A stretch of 64,000 bases of DNA from Terriglobia bacterium (GTDB taxonomy: Bacteria; Acidobacteriota; Terriglobia; UBA7540): assembly GCA_030038235.1 (NCBI GenBank), contig JASHPE010000213.1, positions 1,233-65,232 on the forward strand, given 5' to 3'. The notes under the pieces were generated by a model. That model was not told the origin of the DNA. It made no database searches and saw only the letters and a program-made list of their open reading frames with translations. Positions 20,049 through 30,100 of this stretch are shown here, in pieces. The translations under genes were made by a program, and so were the position numbers. Within the stretch, counting starts at the first letter, position 1. The number at the start of each line of letters is the position of its first letter.

Positions 20049-21440
20049 TCAGGATGGCTTCTCGATCTTCGCGGCCGGCTCTGCGGCCGATTCAGGCGGG
20101 CTCAAGCGCCGCGGCGTCTCGTCAACCGCTTCAACTTCCAGGATCTCGTCGCCGCCGGCCGCGCCGAACTCTTTGAATCGCCGCGCTGTGGTTAGCACGC
20201 GGCTTTCGAGCGATCCCACCGCGCGATTGTAAGACTCCACAGCTTTCTTCAGACCCGATCCCGCTTCGGCAAAGTGTCCGGCGAACGCGCGCAATCGATC
20301 GTAGAGCTGCCGGCCCAGATCGCTGACCTGCTGCGCGCCTTTCTCCACCTGATCCTGCCGCCATCCGTACGCCACCGCGTGCAGCAGCGCGATCAGCGTG
20401 GTCGGCGTGGCGATCACCACGCGTTTTTGCACACCGTCTTCCATCAGCGAGCGGTCGCCTTCGAGCGCAGCGCTGAAGAACGATTCACCGGGCAGAAACA
20501 GGACCACCATCTCCGGCGAAGGCTGAAGTTGCTCCCAATACGCTTTCCCCGCGAGCTGATTCAAATGCGCGCGCACCAGGCGAACGTAGTTGGCGAGCGC
20601 CTGGCTGCGGTCTGAGTCGCCGGCCGCATTGAGGGAGTCGAGGAACGGCTGCAAAGGAGCCTTGGCATCCACCGCGATGCGCCGGCCGCCGGGAAGCTTG
20701 ACGATCAGATCGGGCCGCAGCCGCCCGCCTTCGTCGAAGAGCGTCTCCTGCGTGTTGAAGTCGCAGTGCTCCGCCATGCCCGCAAGTTCCACGGCGCGGC
20801 GCAGCGTCATCTCACCCCAGCGTCCGCGCGCCTGCGATCCGCCCTTGAGAGCCGCGGTCAGATTGCCGGTCTCGCGCTGCAAGGTCTCATTCGCCGAAAG
20901 CAGTCCCTTGATCTCGCCGGCGAGCGCGCCGTAAGCCTCGGAGCGTGCGGTCTCGAGCTTGCGCACCATCTCGTCGTAGCCCTTGAGCGATTCGCTGAGC
21001 GGGCCCACCAGCGCTTCGATGGCTTTTTCGCGCGCCGCGAAGTCGCCCTCGGCCTCGGCGCGCAGGATGTTGAATCGCTGCTGCGCCAGCCTCAGGAACG
21101 ATTCGCTTTGCGTGGCCAGCACGTCTCCCGAGACCGCCTTGAACGTGTCTGCCAGCCGCGCCTGGGCTTCATTCAACAAGCGCCGCTGTGCTTCCAGGTT
21201 GCCACGTTCTGCATCGAGCGACGTTTGCGCCGCCACCCGCGCCGTTTGTTCGGCTTCGAGCCGCCCGCGCAGCACGGCGATCTCCTGCCGGTCGGCTGTC
21301 TGCTGGCGACGCAAACCATCGGCGTCCACCTCGGCCGCAACCGCGCGGCGTTCAGCATGACGGAGCCGGATGAGAGCGGCGATCCAGGCGATCGCGCCCC
21401 CGATCAGCAGGGCGGCCGCGGCGGTGATCCAATCGACCAT
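20049..21440 (-). CDS. rmuC: DNA recombination protein RmuC
   Basis: N-terminal TM helix, a long coiled coil, and the RmuC nuclease core ('RPDLIVKLPGGRRIAVDAKAPL', 'VVLFLPGESFF'). Start chosen at ATG 21440; the track ORF extends to 21527. Confidence 0.85.
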   Translation of the reverse strand: MVDWITAAAALLIGGAIAWIAALIRLRHAERRAVAAEVDADGLRRQQTADRQEIAVLRGRLEAEQTARVAAQTSLDAERGNLEAQRRLLNEAQARLADTFKAVSGDVLATQSESFLRLAQQRFNILRAEAEGDFAAREKAIEALVGPLSESLKGYDEMVRKLETARSEAYGALAGEIKGLLSANETLQRETGNLTAALKGGSQARGRWGEMTLRRAVELAGMAEHCDFNTQETLFDEGGRLRPDLIVKLPGGRRIAVDAKAPLQPFLDSLNAAGDSDRSQALANYVRLVRAHLNQLAGKAYWEQLQPSPEMVVLFLPGESFFSAALEGDRSLMEDGVQKRVVIATPTTLIALLHAVAYGWRQDQVEKGAQQVSDLGRQLYDRLRAFAGHFAEAGSGLKKAVESYNRAVGSLESRVLTTARRFKEFGAAGGDEILEVEAVDETPRRLSPPESAAEPAAKIEKPS

Positions 21441-21441
21441 G

Positions 21442-24400
21442 CTAAGACTCTTCCTGTGTCGGACACAGCGCCGTAAAATCACATCGCCGGCAGACGAAAC
21501 CCGGCGCGGGCTCGAATTGACCGGCACGAATCGCGGCGGCCACCTTGCTAATCTCCTTCACCACATCCTCGAGGTCCTTCGGAGTGCGAACGCCGGAAAC
21601 GGCCTCGTTGTTGCCGAGATTGTAGAACGTCAGCCGCGTCGGTCGGAGTCCGAGCGTGCGTTCGGCAGCCAGCGCGTAGACCGAGAGTTGCAGGCTGGTG
21701 TCCGCGTCCTTCTGCGACTTTGGCCGCCCCGTCTTGTAGTCGATCAGCTCCACTTCGGTCCCTCGCGGGAACGGCCCGGCTTGCGCTTCTGCGTCCGGCG
21801 ATCGCAATTCCAGCTTCGCGTCCACTGAAGCCGCGCGTGTCGAGGGCTTCTGATCCGTCGCCGCCTTGCCGGACTCAGCCGCCGCGCGCGTCTGAATCTG
21901 ATCGATCCGGCCCTGCACGCGGACGTCGTCGATGTCGAAGCCGAAGCCCTGCTCGCTGACAAGGTTCGCCGGCGCCGGGCGGGCGTTCTGCTGTTCCACG
22001 AAGCGCCGCAGCAGTTCGAGCCCGTTCTGCTTGAAGCGCTCGGCCTGATATTGATCCTCGTAGCCCACATTCTTCCAGGCGCGGAGGAAAAACTGCTCCA
22101 AGTCCTCAAATCGCGGGATTCCCGTCTCGCGCAGGCTGAAATAATGCCGGACGCTCTCGTGCATCAGCGCGCCGAACGTTAGCGAGGCCTGCGCCTCCGA
22201 TTGAATCTTGAGAAGATTCCTGAGCTTGAAGCGCAGCGGACAATTCTGGTATGTCTCGATCGCCGTGGCGCTCAGCACCAGCGGATTGTTGCGCTCGCCG
22301 CCATCGGCGACAGGCAGCCTCGCCCACGCTTCAAGGTCGGGATGGAGCGAATCCGCTCCGCCATCCGCTTGCATCTCCGGGAACAGCAAGCCTTGCCCAT
22401 TGCCGGAGGCGCTGACGGCCTGAGCGCGCTCCGAAAGCAGCACGTGCTGATTGGCCGCGGGATCGAGCTTGGGCGTGGCAGGCCTCGCGCTCTCCGGTTG
22501 CACCGGCACCTGAATGCGTTCGATATCGCGAGCCGCGACGACGGCATTCGAGAGCAGGTCCCTGATGAAGAGCGAAGGCTTCTGACCAACGGGCCCGATG
22601 CTCGATACGTAAAGGCGCTCCTGCGCTCGCGTCATGGCCACGTAGAACAGGCGCCGCTCCTCTTGCTGATGGATCCCCGGCGGCGCCACGGGGTCCTTGC
22701 GCAGCGCGTCCGGGAATTCGATCACCGGCTTCTTCTCGTTCGTCGGAAATCGACTCCGGCCGACGCTCAGCACGAAGACCACGGGGAATTCGAGTCCTTT
22801 GGCAGCGTGGACCGTCATCATCTGCACCGCGTTGGCCGTGTCGCGAGGCTCCGGAGCTTCGATCTGCCCGCCGGCGTCGAGAAAGAACGAGAAATAGTCC
22901 ATGAACGAGTCGATCGGTCGCGGCGCGCCGTCCTCATCGCGCTCCACCGGCCCGAGGCCATGCTCGTGCTTTTCCTGCCATGCTTTGAGGAATTCGTGGA
23001 ATGCCTTCAAGTAGCCGGCCTCGCGGCTATGATCGGGGTATTGGATTCCCAATGCCGCCACAAGACGATCGAACAACGCCGGCATGGGCGAGACGCGCGC
23101 GATCTCGCGCAGCTTCGCCAATAGCTTCTCGAGTTCGTACCATCCCGTGCGGCGCAAGTCGGCGGCGAAGAGGGTCTGCTCGGTCGAGCGGATCGCCGTG
23201 TAGATCGACGACCGGTTCTGGCTGGCGCGGCGTCGCGCGTCTTGCGCCAGCGCTTCAGGGAACTGCCAGCGCGGGGCCAGCAGCACGCGCGTCAGGCTGA
23301 TGTTGTCGTGCAGCGAATAGATCAGGCGCAGATAGGCGAGCAGTTCGCGCACCAGCGGCGTCCTGAGGATCGAGAGGCCGCGGATGTTGAAGGCGATGCC
23401 GCGCGCGCGGAACTGCTCCACCAGGCGCTCGCGATGCGCGTGGCTGCGATAAAGCACCGCGATTTCGCCGAGGCGCTTCCCGCGCTTGTGCAGCCGCTCG
23501 ATTTCATCCGCCACCCAAGCCGCTTCGGCCCGCGTGTCGGGCGATTCCAGCAGAAAGACGCGCTCGCCCTCAGGATTCTCGGTGCGAAGGTGCGGCTTCG
23601 ACTCGTAGCGGCCTTCGTTCTTCTCGATCGCCGATTGGCTGACGCGCAAGATGCGCCGCGTGGAGCGGTAATTCCGGTTCAGGTAGACGGTCGCGTGGCC
23701 CGGAAAGCCGCGGTCGAACATCTGAAAGGCTCCGCTCGAAGCGCCGCGGAATCGATAGATGGCCTGATCGTCGTCGCCCACCGCGGTGATGTTGTAGGGC
23801 GGCGCCAGCAGACGCCGCAGAATCTCCACCTGCGCGTAGTTCGTGTCCTGATACTCATCCACCAGGACGTAGCGGAAGCGCCGCCGCAGACGGTCCAGCA
23901 CCTGCGGCTCCTGGTCCCAAAGCCGCAGCATTTTGCTCATCAGGCTGCCGAAGCTGGTGCAGCCCGCCTCCTCCATCAACTCGCGGCTGCGGCGGAACAC
24001 GCGCGCCAGCTCCCCTTTTTTTGCGAGTTCGGCTGTCTCCATCGCGTCGAGCGTCCGCCCTGCGAGCTGATCGCGGCACTTCGCCACGTAGGCGGCGAAA
24101 TCGTCTGGCTCAACCAATTCGTCCTGGCAGCGCGAGTAGAATTCATTCAGATCGTGGAGAAATGCGCCCGGCTCGGCGAGCTTCAGATAGTGCTCGAGCG
24201 CGAGTGAGCGCAGGCGCCAGCGCAGGAAGATCCAGAGATCGATCTCGTCGAGCAATTGCTGGTTGAAATCGTGCTGCTTCAGTACTTCCACGCAGAAGGC
24301 ATGGAACGTGTTAATCGTTGGAAGCTTTTGGAGATCCGGAAGCGCCTGCCGGACGCGATGGCTCATCTCGCCGGCTGCCTTCTCCGTGTACGTTAGGGCC

Positions 24401-24603
24401 AGGATGTTCTCCGGATCCACAGACTCGGCTGCGCCCGCATGGCCGCACACGCCGTGGCCATCGAGCAGGTGAACGATGCGCTCCGTGATCACGCGCGTCT
24501 TGCCGCTGCCTGGTCCGGCAATGATCAGGAGCGGACCTTGCCCGTGCTCGATTGCCGCGCGCTGTTCAGAATTAAGTTCCAGGACGGAGTTCACGGTCCA
24601 CAT
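21442..24603 (-). CDS. UvrD/PcrA-type SF1 helicase fused to C-terminal PD-(D/E)XK (Cas4/AddB-like) nuclease
   Basis: Walker A 'IIAGPGSGKTRV', 'VLVDEYQDTN' and 'TVHAAKGLEFPVV'. The C-terminus carries 'ELIDYKTGRP', 'QLSVYALA' and a Cys motif 'CRRCDFTALCP'. The stop lies 1 nt before the rmuC start. Confidence 0.85.
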   Translation of the reverse strand: MWTVNSVLELNSEQRAAIEHGQGPLLIIAGPGSGKTRVITERIVHLLDGHGVCGHAGAAESVDPENILALTYTEKAAGEMSHRVRQALPDLQKLPTINTFHAFCVEVLKQHDFNQQLLDEIDLWIFLRWRLRSLALEHYLKLAEPGAFLHDLNEFYSRCQDELVEPDDFAAYVAKCRDQLAGRTLDAMETAELAKKGELARVFRRSRELMEEAGCTSFGSLMSKMLRLWDQEPQVLDRLRRRFRYVLVDEYQDTNYAQVEILRRLLAPPYNITAVGDDDQAIYRFRGASSGAFQMFDRGFPGHATVYLNRNYRSTRRILRVSQSAIEKNEGRYESKPHLRTENPEGERVFLLESPDTRAEAAWVADEIERLHKRGKRLGEIAVLYRSHAHRERLVEQFRARGIAFNIRGLSILRTPLVRELLAYLRLIYSLHDNISLTRVLLAPRWQFPEALAQDARRRASQNRSSIYTAIRSTEQTLFAADLRRTGWYELEKLLAKLREIARVSPMPALFDRLVAALGIQYPDHSREAGYLKAFHEFLKAWQEKHEHGLGPVERDEDGAPRPIDSFMDYFSFFLDAGGQIEAPEPRDTANAVQMMTVHAAKGLEFPVVFVLSVGRSRFPTNEKKPVIEFPDALRKDPVAPPGIHQQEERRLFYVAMTRAQERLYVSSIGPVGQKPSLFIRDLLSNAVVAARDIERIQVPVQPESARPATPKLDPAANQHVLLSERAQAVSASGNGQGLLFPEMQADGGADSLHPDLEAWARLPVADGGERNNPLVLSATAIETYQNCPLRFKLRNLLKIQSEAQASLTFGALMHESVRHYFSLRETGIPRFEDLEQFFLRAWKNVGYEDQYQAERFKQNGLELLRRFVEQQNARPAPANLVSEQGFGFDIDDVRVQGRIDQIQTRAAAESGKAATDQKPSTRAASVDAKLELRSPDAEAQAGPFPRGTEVELIDYKTGRPKSQKDADTSLQLSVYALAAERTLGLRPTRLTFYNLGNNEAVSGVRTPKDLEDVVKEISKVAAAIRAGQFEPAPGFVCRRCDFTALCPTQEES

Positions 24604-24848
24604 TATAACTCGCGCGGGTGGGGTCCCGATGGCAGGCGTAAGGGCGGCCCCTACGCCCGACACTGTGAAGCCAATCGGTATAAAGAACTTACCAGGACGC
24701 AAGCCCGAAAATAGGCCCCGTAAAGAAGCAGGTATGTCCGTAAGCCATTCACGATATGCTAGTTACCGCATCAGGGGGATCGAACCAATCTTTGGCAGGC
24801 AGAGTGCTTCCTTTAACAAGGGAGATTGTCTGAAATCGGAGGCTTTCG

Positions 24849-25325
24849 ATGAGCAAAACCAGATTACGCGTCTTCGGCACGATAGCAGTGGTAAGCCTGC
24901 TCGCGAGCGGCTTGGCCGTGGCGAATGCGAGCCAGCAGACGCCCGTCGCGCCGAATTCGGACCGCCGGAGCGGATTTGGCAATCCAGAGTCGATTACCGG
25001 AACGATCTCGCTGGTCAGGCCGGACGAAGGATTGCTGGTCGTGAAGGAGCAGGGTGTCGGGCACTCCTCCAACATCAGCGGCGCCACCGTCGTGACGCAG
25101 GATGCGAATGGATCCACTACCGCCACAGACACTGACGTCTCGGCAGCGCCGGCGCCCGCCGAGACCAAGTACGAGTTCCGCGTGACCGCCAATACCCTGA
25201 TTCGAGCGAACGGACGGAGCGCCACCTTGAGCGATCTTGCGGGCATGCAGAACAGACAGGTGACCGTGCATTTCGTGCCGGAGCGGAACGGGAACTTCGC
25301 GAAAGGGATCGAGGTCGGCCCGTAA
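24849..25325 (+). CDS. secreted hypothetical protein (158 aa)
   Basis: Signal peptide 'MSKTRLRVFGTIAVVSLLASGLAVANA' and a beta-rich body. Loosely resembles 50206-50577. Confidence 0.6.
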   Translation: MSKTRLRVFGTIAVVSLLASGLAVANASQQTPVAPNSDRRSGFGNPESITGTISLVRPDEGLLVVKEQGVGHSSNISGATVVTQDANGSTTATDTDVSAAPAPAETKYEFRVTANTLIRANGRSATLSDLAGMQNRQVTVHFVPERNGNFAKGIEVGP

Positions 25326-25328
25326 GCA

Positions 25329-25454
25329 CGGTAGCACAGCCACTCCTGGCTGTGCTCGGGACAGATGAAGGAGTACAGGAGCGCAGCCACTCCTGGCTGT
25401 GCTCGGGACAGATGAAGGAGTACAGGAGCACAGCCAGGAGTGGCTGTGCTACCG
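25329..25454. repeat. tandem 47-nt repeat of REP-like hairpins closed by an inverted copy
   Basis: The unit GC(A/G)CAGCCACTCCTGGCTGTGCTCGGGACAGATGAAGGAGTACAGGA occurs twice (25334-25380 and 25381-25427). An inverted AGCACAGCCAGGAGTGGCTGTGCTACCG follows. The array lies between convergent genes. Confidence 0.75.
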
Positions 25455-25491
25455 CCGGTGCTCCGCCCTCTGCCCCTCCGGCGCACGAATC

Positions 25492-26646
25492 TTATTCCAG
25501 AACGTGAATGTTCTTCGCGGCGCAGATGTCCTTGAGGATCTTCGGCCACACGGTGACGCTGACCTCGCCCAGATGAGCCTTGCGCAGCAGCAGCATCAGC
25601 GTGCGTGATTGTCCGATGCCGCCGCCGATGCTGAGCGGAATCTGGTGGCGCAGAATTCCCTGATGATACGGGAACCTGAGGAAGTCGAGTTGATTCGACA
25701 TCTCAAGTTGCTGCATCAGGGAGCTGGCATCCACACGGATGCCCATCGAGCTCAGTTCGTGGCGGCGCTTTGTGACCGGATTCCACACCAGGATGTCGCC
25801 GTTCAGTCCGTGCCGGAGCCGGCCGGCCGCCGAGCGCGTCTCGGTGATCCAGTCGTCGTAATCGGCGGCACGCATTTCGTGCGGATAACCGTCCGCGAGC
25901 GGCCAGCCGATCCCGATGATGAAGACCGCGGGGAATTCCTGGAGGATCTTCGTCTCGCGCTGCTTGCGTGGCAGGTTGGGATACATCTCGAGGATGTCTT
26001 CCGCGTGCATGAACGTGAGCTTTTCAGGCAGATTCGGATACTTTTCCGACTTCAGTTGCGGGAACAACTCGTGCAGATAGCATTCGGCGCCCACAATCAC
26101 CTTCCAGATGCGGTTGACGATCTCCTTGAGGAATCCCAGATTGCGATCCTCCGGCGTGATGGCGCGCTCCCAGTCCCACTGGTCTACATACGCGCTGTGG
26201 TCGTGATCGAGGAAGTAGTCTTTGCGGACGGCGCGCATGTCGGTACACAGACCCTCGCCCGGCTTCATGCCGAACTCGGCCAGCGCCATGCGCTTCCACT
26301 TCGTGGCCGCCTGCACCACCTGGGCATCTACGGGGTGCACGTCGCGGTCGTTGGAGACGTGAAACTGGATCGGTGTGCGGGAGCCGTCGCGATCGAGCAG
26401 GTCGTTGACGCCGCTTTCCGCGTCCACGATGAGCGGCACCGTGACCATCATCAGGTCGAGCTCGCGGCACAGGTTCAGTTCGATGTAGTTCTTGGCCGCG
26501 AAAATCGCCCGCTGCGTTTCCTTCCGATCCAGAAGCGATTTGTAATGGCTCGGCAGGACCTCTTGAAGCTCGTCATAATCGCCGATCCCTGGCCCAGCGA
26601 GGTCGGCTCTCTTGTCCAGCACGGCTCCGGAATGATTGCTACCCAT
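25492..26646 (-). CDS. asnA: aspartate--ammonia ligase (asparagine synthetase A)
   Basis: AsnA-like sequence along the full length ('TQRAIFAAKNYIELNL', 'VTVPLIVDAESGVNDLLDRDG', 'IGGGIGQSRTLMLLL'). GGAGG lies ahead of ATG 26646. Confidence 0.8.
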   Translation of the reverse strand: MGSNHSGAVLDKRADLAGPGIGDYDELQEVLPSHYKSLLDRKETQRAIFAAKNYIELNLCRELDLMMVTVPLIVDAESGVNDLLDRDGSRTPIQFHVSNDRDVHPVDAQVVQAATKWKRMALAEFGMKPGEGLCTDMRAVRKDYFLDHDHSAYVDQWDWERAITPEDRNLGFLKEIVNRIWKVIVGAECYLHELFPQLKSEKYPNLPEKLTFMHAEDILEMYPNLPRKQRETKILQEFPAVFIIGIGWPLADGYPHEMRAADYDDWITETRSAAGRLRHGLNGDILVWNPVTKRRHELSSMGIRVDASSLMQQLEMSNQLDFLRFPYHQGILRHQIPLSIGGGIGQSRTLMLLLRKAHLGEVSVTVWPKILKDICAAKNIHVLE

Positions 26647-26816
26647 GATTGTCCTCCATCGCGCGGGCCGGTGGTCCCCGCAATTGGAGGTTAGCAAGAA
26701 GGATTGCGGAAGCTTGTGATCATCCTCACAGGCGCCGGTGACAGCCAGCATAAGCGTCGAGCCGTGTCGCAATTCAGACCCAGGGCCGCCTGTAGAGAGT
26801 CTAGCTAGGTCTGAAT

Positions 26817-29135
26817 TCAACGCGGTCCCGCCGGAAGATGCTCCTCCAGGTACCGCGCGAGCAGCGTGTACACATGCAGCGTGGTGCCTCGCCCTTCTGA
26901 AAGGGAGTGCGTGCGCCCGGGGTAGACCATGAAGTCGAACTGCTTGCCGAGCTCGATCAGCCGGTTGACCAGCAGCTCCGTGCCCTGGAAATGCACGTTG
27001 TCATCGCCCGATCCATGGACGATCAGCAGGCTTCCGCGCAGGCCCTCGGCGAAGTTGATGGCGGACCCGGACCGATAGCCCTCCGCGTTCTGCTGCGGCA
27101 GGCCCATGTAGCGCTCCTGATAGATGCTGTCGTAGAGCCGCTGATCGGGCACCGGCGCCACCGCCATTCCGACCCTATAGAGATCGGGCGATCGGAACAT
27201 GAGATTCAGCGTGTTAGTCCCGCCGCCGCTCCATCCCCAGACCGCCACGCGCGTCGGGTCGACGTAAGGGCGCGCGGTTTCGAAAGCGCGCAAGGCCGCC
27301 GCCTGGTCCTTGGACGACAGCACGCCGATCGATCCGTACACGGCCTTGCGCCAGGCGCGTCCTTTCGGCGCCGGTGTACCGCGATTGTCGAAGCTGACCA
27401 CGATATAGCCTTCGTTGGCCAGCGCGCGATGAAAGAGCGCTTCGCGCCCGGACCAGGCGCGCAGCGTGGTTTGTCCCGCGGGCTCGCCGTAGATGTACAC
27501 CAGCACGGGATACTTCTTCGCCGGATCGAAGCGCGCCGGCTTGATCATCCAGGCGTCCACCTTCACGCCGTCGCCGATGTCGAGCTGGAAGAACTCGCCA
27601 GGTGAGGCGACGAAGGGCTTCACCTTCTCGCGCAAAGCAGCGTTGCCTGCGAGCACGCGTACCGACGTGTGATTGGGCAGGCGGACGAGATCGGTAGCCG
27701 GTGGATCGTCGAAGCTCGACACGGTATGAAAGGCCCAGGCGCAGCCGGCCGCCATCTGGTAGAAATGGACTCCTGGCTCGCCGTTCGGCGTCACGCGCAC
27801 GGGACTGCCGGTGCCGTCCAGTCGCGACCGGTAGAGGTAACGTTCGGTCGCGTTGTCGGGCGAAGCGATGTAGTAGACCCACTGGTCGTCCCGATCGACG
27901 CCTTCCACGCTGACCACGTCGAAATCCCCGTGCGTCACCGGGGTTATTTCGCCGCTGTCGCGCGAAATCAGGTAAAGGTGCCGCCAGTTGTCCTTGTCGC
28001 TTTCCCATAACAGCTCTTTGCCGTCGTGGACCCATTGCAGCTTATCAACCACGTCCAGCCAGGCAGCGTCCTGATCGTGATAAAGCTGGCGAATTGCGCC
28101 GGTGGCCGCGTTCCCGAGCAGCACGTCGTTGGTATTCTGCATCCGGTTCAGGTGCTCCATGGCGATCTCGTCGGAGTTGCCGGCCCACTCCATGCGCGCG
28201 ATGTAGTTCTCGCGCGGATCGCCTGGCACGTTCATCCATTCCGTCGGACCGCCGTCGGCGCTGACCACGCCGACGCGCGCGGCGGGATTGGTGGTCCCCG
28301 CCTCCGGGTAGCCGTAGTTTTGAACCGTGGGATAGACGCCGTACTCGGGATAGGGAATGCCGGTTACGATGCGATGCGGCCCGCCCGAATCGTAGATGAG
28401 CGAATAATCCTTGACGCCGTTGTCGTCGAATTGCCAGTAGGCGATGCGGCGGCTGTCGGGGCTCCAGCGGAAGCCGTCGCGAATGTCGAACTCTTCCTCG
28501 TATACCCAGTCGGACGTGCCGTTGATGATGGTGTCGGAGCCGTCGCGCGTGAGCAGCACGATCTGGCCCGTCTTCAAGTTCTCGGAATAGAGGTTGTGGT
28601 CGTGAACGTAGGCCACGCGGGAACCGTCGGGCGAGAACTTGGCGAATTGTAATGACGAAGGCGGCGCGGTCCCGCCCAGTTTCTTGAGCGCGCCCGTTTG
28701 GCGGTCCAGCACCCAGAAATCGCCTTCGGTCGCGCGGCGCCAGACGCGGGTGGGGTTGGTGAAAATCAGCACGCGGTTGAGGTCGTCCGCGAGCGAATAG
28801 TCCTCGATGGCGAGAGGCGTCTTCGCGCCGGGAGGAATGAGCTGCGACGCCGAAACCAGCACCTCGCGCTTGCCGGCCGCGGTCTCGTAACGAACAATGT
28901 CAGAGGCGTCCTTTACCGACGCCGAAGGCTCAGCCGTGACGTACGCGTCGCCGCCTTTGAGCCATCGCGCCGGACCGAAATGCTCCCCGGCGAATTCGCT
29001 ACTAGCGAAAATCTGCCGCAGGCTGTCGTTAAGCTTCGAGTTCTGCTGGGCTCGGAGCGTTGGGGCTTGAGCGCAGCCGAGCAGGATCGCCAGGGCCGTC
29101 GGCAGCAGCATCCGAGACGAGAACGATTTGCCCAT
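26817..29135 (-). CDS. S9-family serine peptidase, dipeptidyl-peptidase IV-like (beta-propeller + alpha/beta hydrolase)
   Basis: Signal peptide, a DPP-IV N-terminal propeller, the nucleophile elbow 'GWSGGG', and 'HGSGDDNVH' and 'GRTHS' catalytic residues. The alternative start at 29198 cannot be excluded. Confidence 0.85.
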   Translation of the reverse strand: MGKSFSSRMLLPTALAILLGCAQAPTLRAQQNSKLNDSLRQIFASSEFAGEHFGPARWLKGGDAYVTAEPSASVKDASDIVRYETAAGKREVLVSASQLIPPGAKTPLAIEDYSLADDLNRVLIFTNPTRVWRRATEGDFWVLDRQTGALKKLGGTAPPSSLQFAKFSPDGSRVAYVHDHNLYSENLKTGQIVLLTRDGSDTIINGTSDWVYEEEFDIRDGFRWSPDSRRIAYWQFDDNGVKDYSLIYDSGGPHRIVTGIPYPEYGVYPTVQNYGYPEAGTTNPAARVGVVSADGGPTEWMNVPGDPRENYIARMEWAGNSDEIAMEHLNRMQNTNDVLLGNAATGAIRQLYHDQDAAWLDVVDKLQWVHDGKELLWESDKDNWRHLYLISRDSGEITPVTHGDFDVVSVEGVDRDDQWVYYIASPDNATERYLYRSRLDGTGSPVRVTPNGEPGVHFYQMAAGCAWAFHTVSSFDDPPATDLVRLPNHTSVRVLAGNAALREKVKPFVASPGEFFQLDIGDGVKVDAWMIKPARFDPAKKYPVLVYIYGEPAGQTTLRAWSGREALFHRALANEGYIVVSFDNRGTPAPKGRAWRKAVYGSIGVLSSKDQAAALRAFETARPYVDPTRVAVWGWSGGGTNTLNLMFRSPDLYRVGMAVAPVPDQRLYDSIYQERYMGLPQQNAEGYRSGSAINFAEGLRGSLLIVHGSGDDNVHFQGTELLVNRLIELGKQFDFMVYPGRTHSLSEGRGTTLHVYTLLARYLEEHLPAGPR

Positions 29136-30100
29136 ATTTTGAAGCGCGGATTCCCGGTTCCGCGAGAATGACGACGTGGTCTGATTCGCAAATGGCACTG
29201 GCTACCTCCGATGGGTGCGGAATCGCGATGGAGCAAGATACACCGAAGCTCTGCCGTCCTCAACACAGGCTAATCTGCAATGGGCGAGACATTTTAACAT
29301 CTTACTTGTTTTCAATAACATTCCGGCTTCGTCGGGAATCGGAGCTATGGATGCGAAGCGTCGGCCAGTGAGGACCAATTTCAGCCGACGCTCACCATCC
29401 ACAAGCGATCCGCTCTTGATTCTAAAGGACATTCCAGCTCTGTTCTCGCGCCGCACCGCTTTGCCATTCCCGTAGGCACTTGGAAGCGGCCTGCAGTTGG
29501 CATCGTGTCGTAGGACAATCCCTTCGTTTACAGGTCACTCGTCATGCAGGCTTCCAACCTGCACTCTTAGCGCGTCACGACCACGAGATCTGCCTCAATG
29601 CAAGCGTACACTCGATGCGCGGGACGGTGGGTAAAACTAAGAAAAATGGGAAAATTTATTTTGCGTCTGCGAATCGAGAGGTTAGCCTGTGGAAAACCAC
29701 CGCGCATGGGCTCACGTCAGACGGATCAGTACTACTTGGGAGTCAGATTTCTGCGCTGGTTTGGCGGTAACCCATTGGAAAAACAAGACTTGACGGTGTA
29801 AAGCTAGCCAGAGGACGCTTGCTCAACGCTTCTGTGGCGCCTGCACACGCTGAATCTCCGTCACGTTCAGGTAAATCGGGGTTATTTCACCCAGTGTGTC
29901 TGATCTGTGCAAACACCGCTGATGACCCCTTTGTGGTTTTTCAGCTCCTTAGCCTTGAGCTCAAGTCCGTTGTTCAATGGAAATATTGGAAAGAACAATC
30001 TGAGGAGCTTCGTCGCCTTACGGCCCGTAGACTTCCATTCAGGCTTCTCGGGCGTGCATGAGGTATTGACTTTCACCCGGTGGGAAGCTCCGATATTCGG

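Noticed and set aside
21370-24207. Plus-strand ORFs 22201-23124 and 23242-24207 inside the helicase gene
   Set aside because: Antisense to an ORF with Walker A, DEYQD and nuclease motifs, and their composition is typical of shadow frames.
24765-24795. tRNA-like T-loop (GGTTCGATCCCC on the minus strand); also GGTTTCGAATCC at ~61148
   Set aside because: Flanking bases do not form a T-stem, acceptor stem or anticodon arm, and the second site lies inside a coding frame.
29202-30076. Short ORFs in the AT-richer gap (29202-29456 minus, 29480-29770 plus, 29882-30076 minus)
   Set aside because: No SD sequences, odd composition and mutual overlap. They are kept only as evidence of possible gene decay (see finding).
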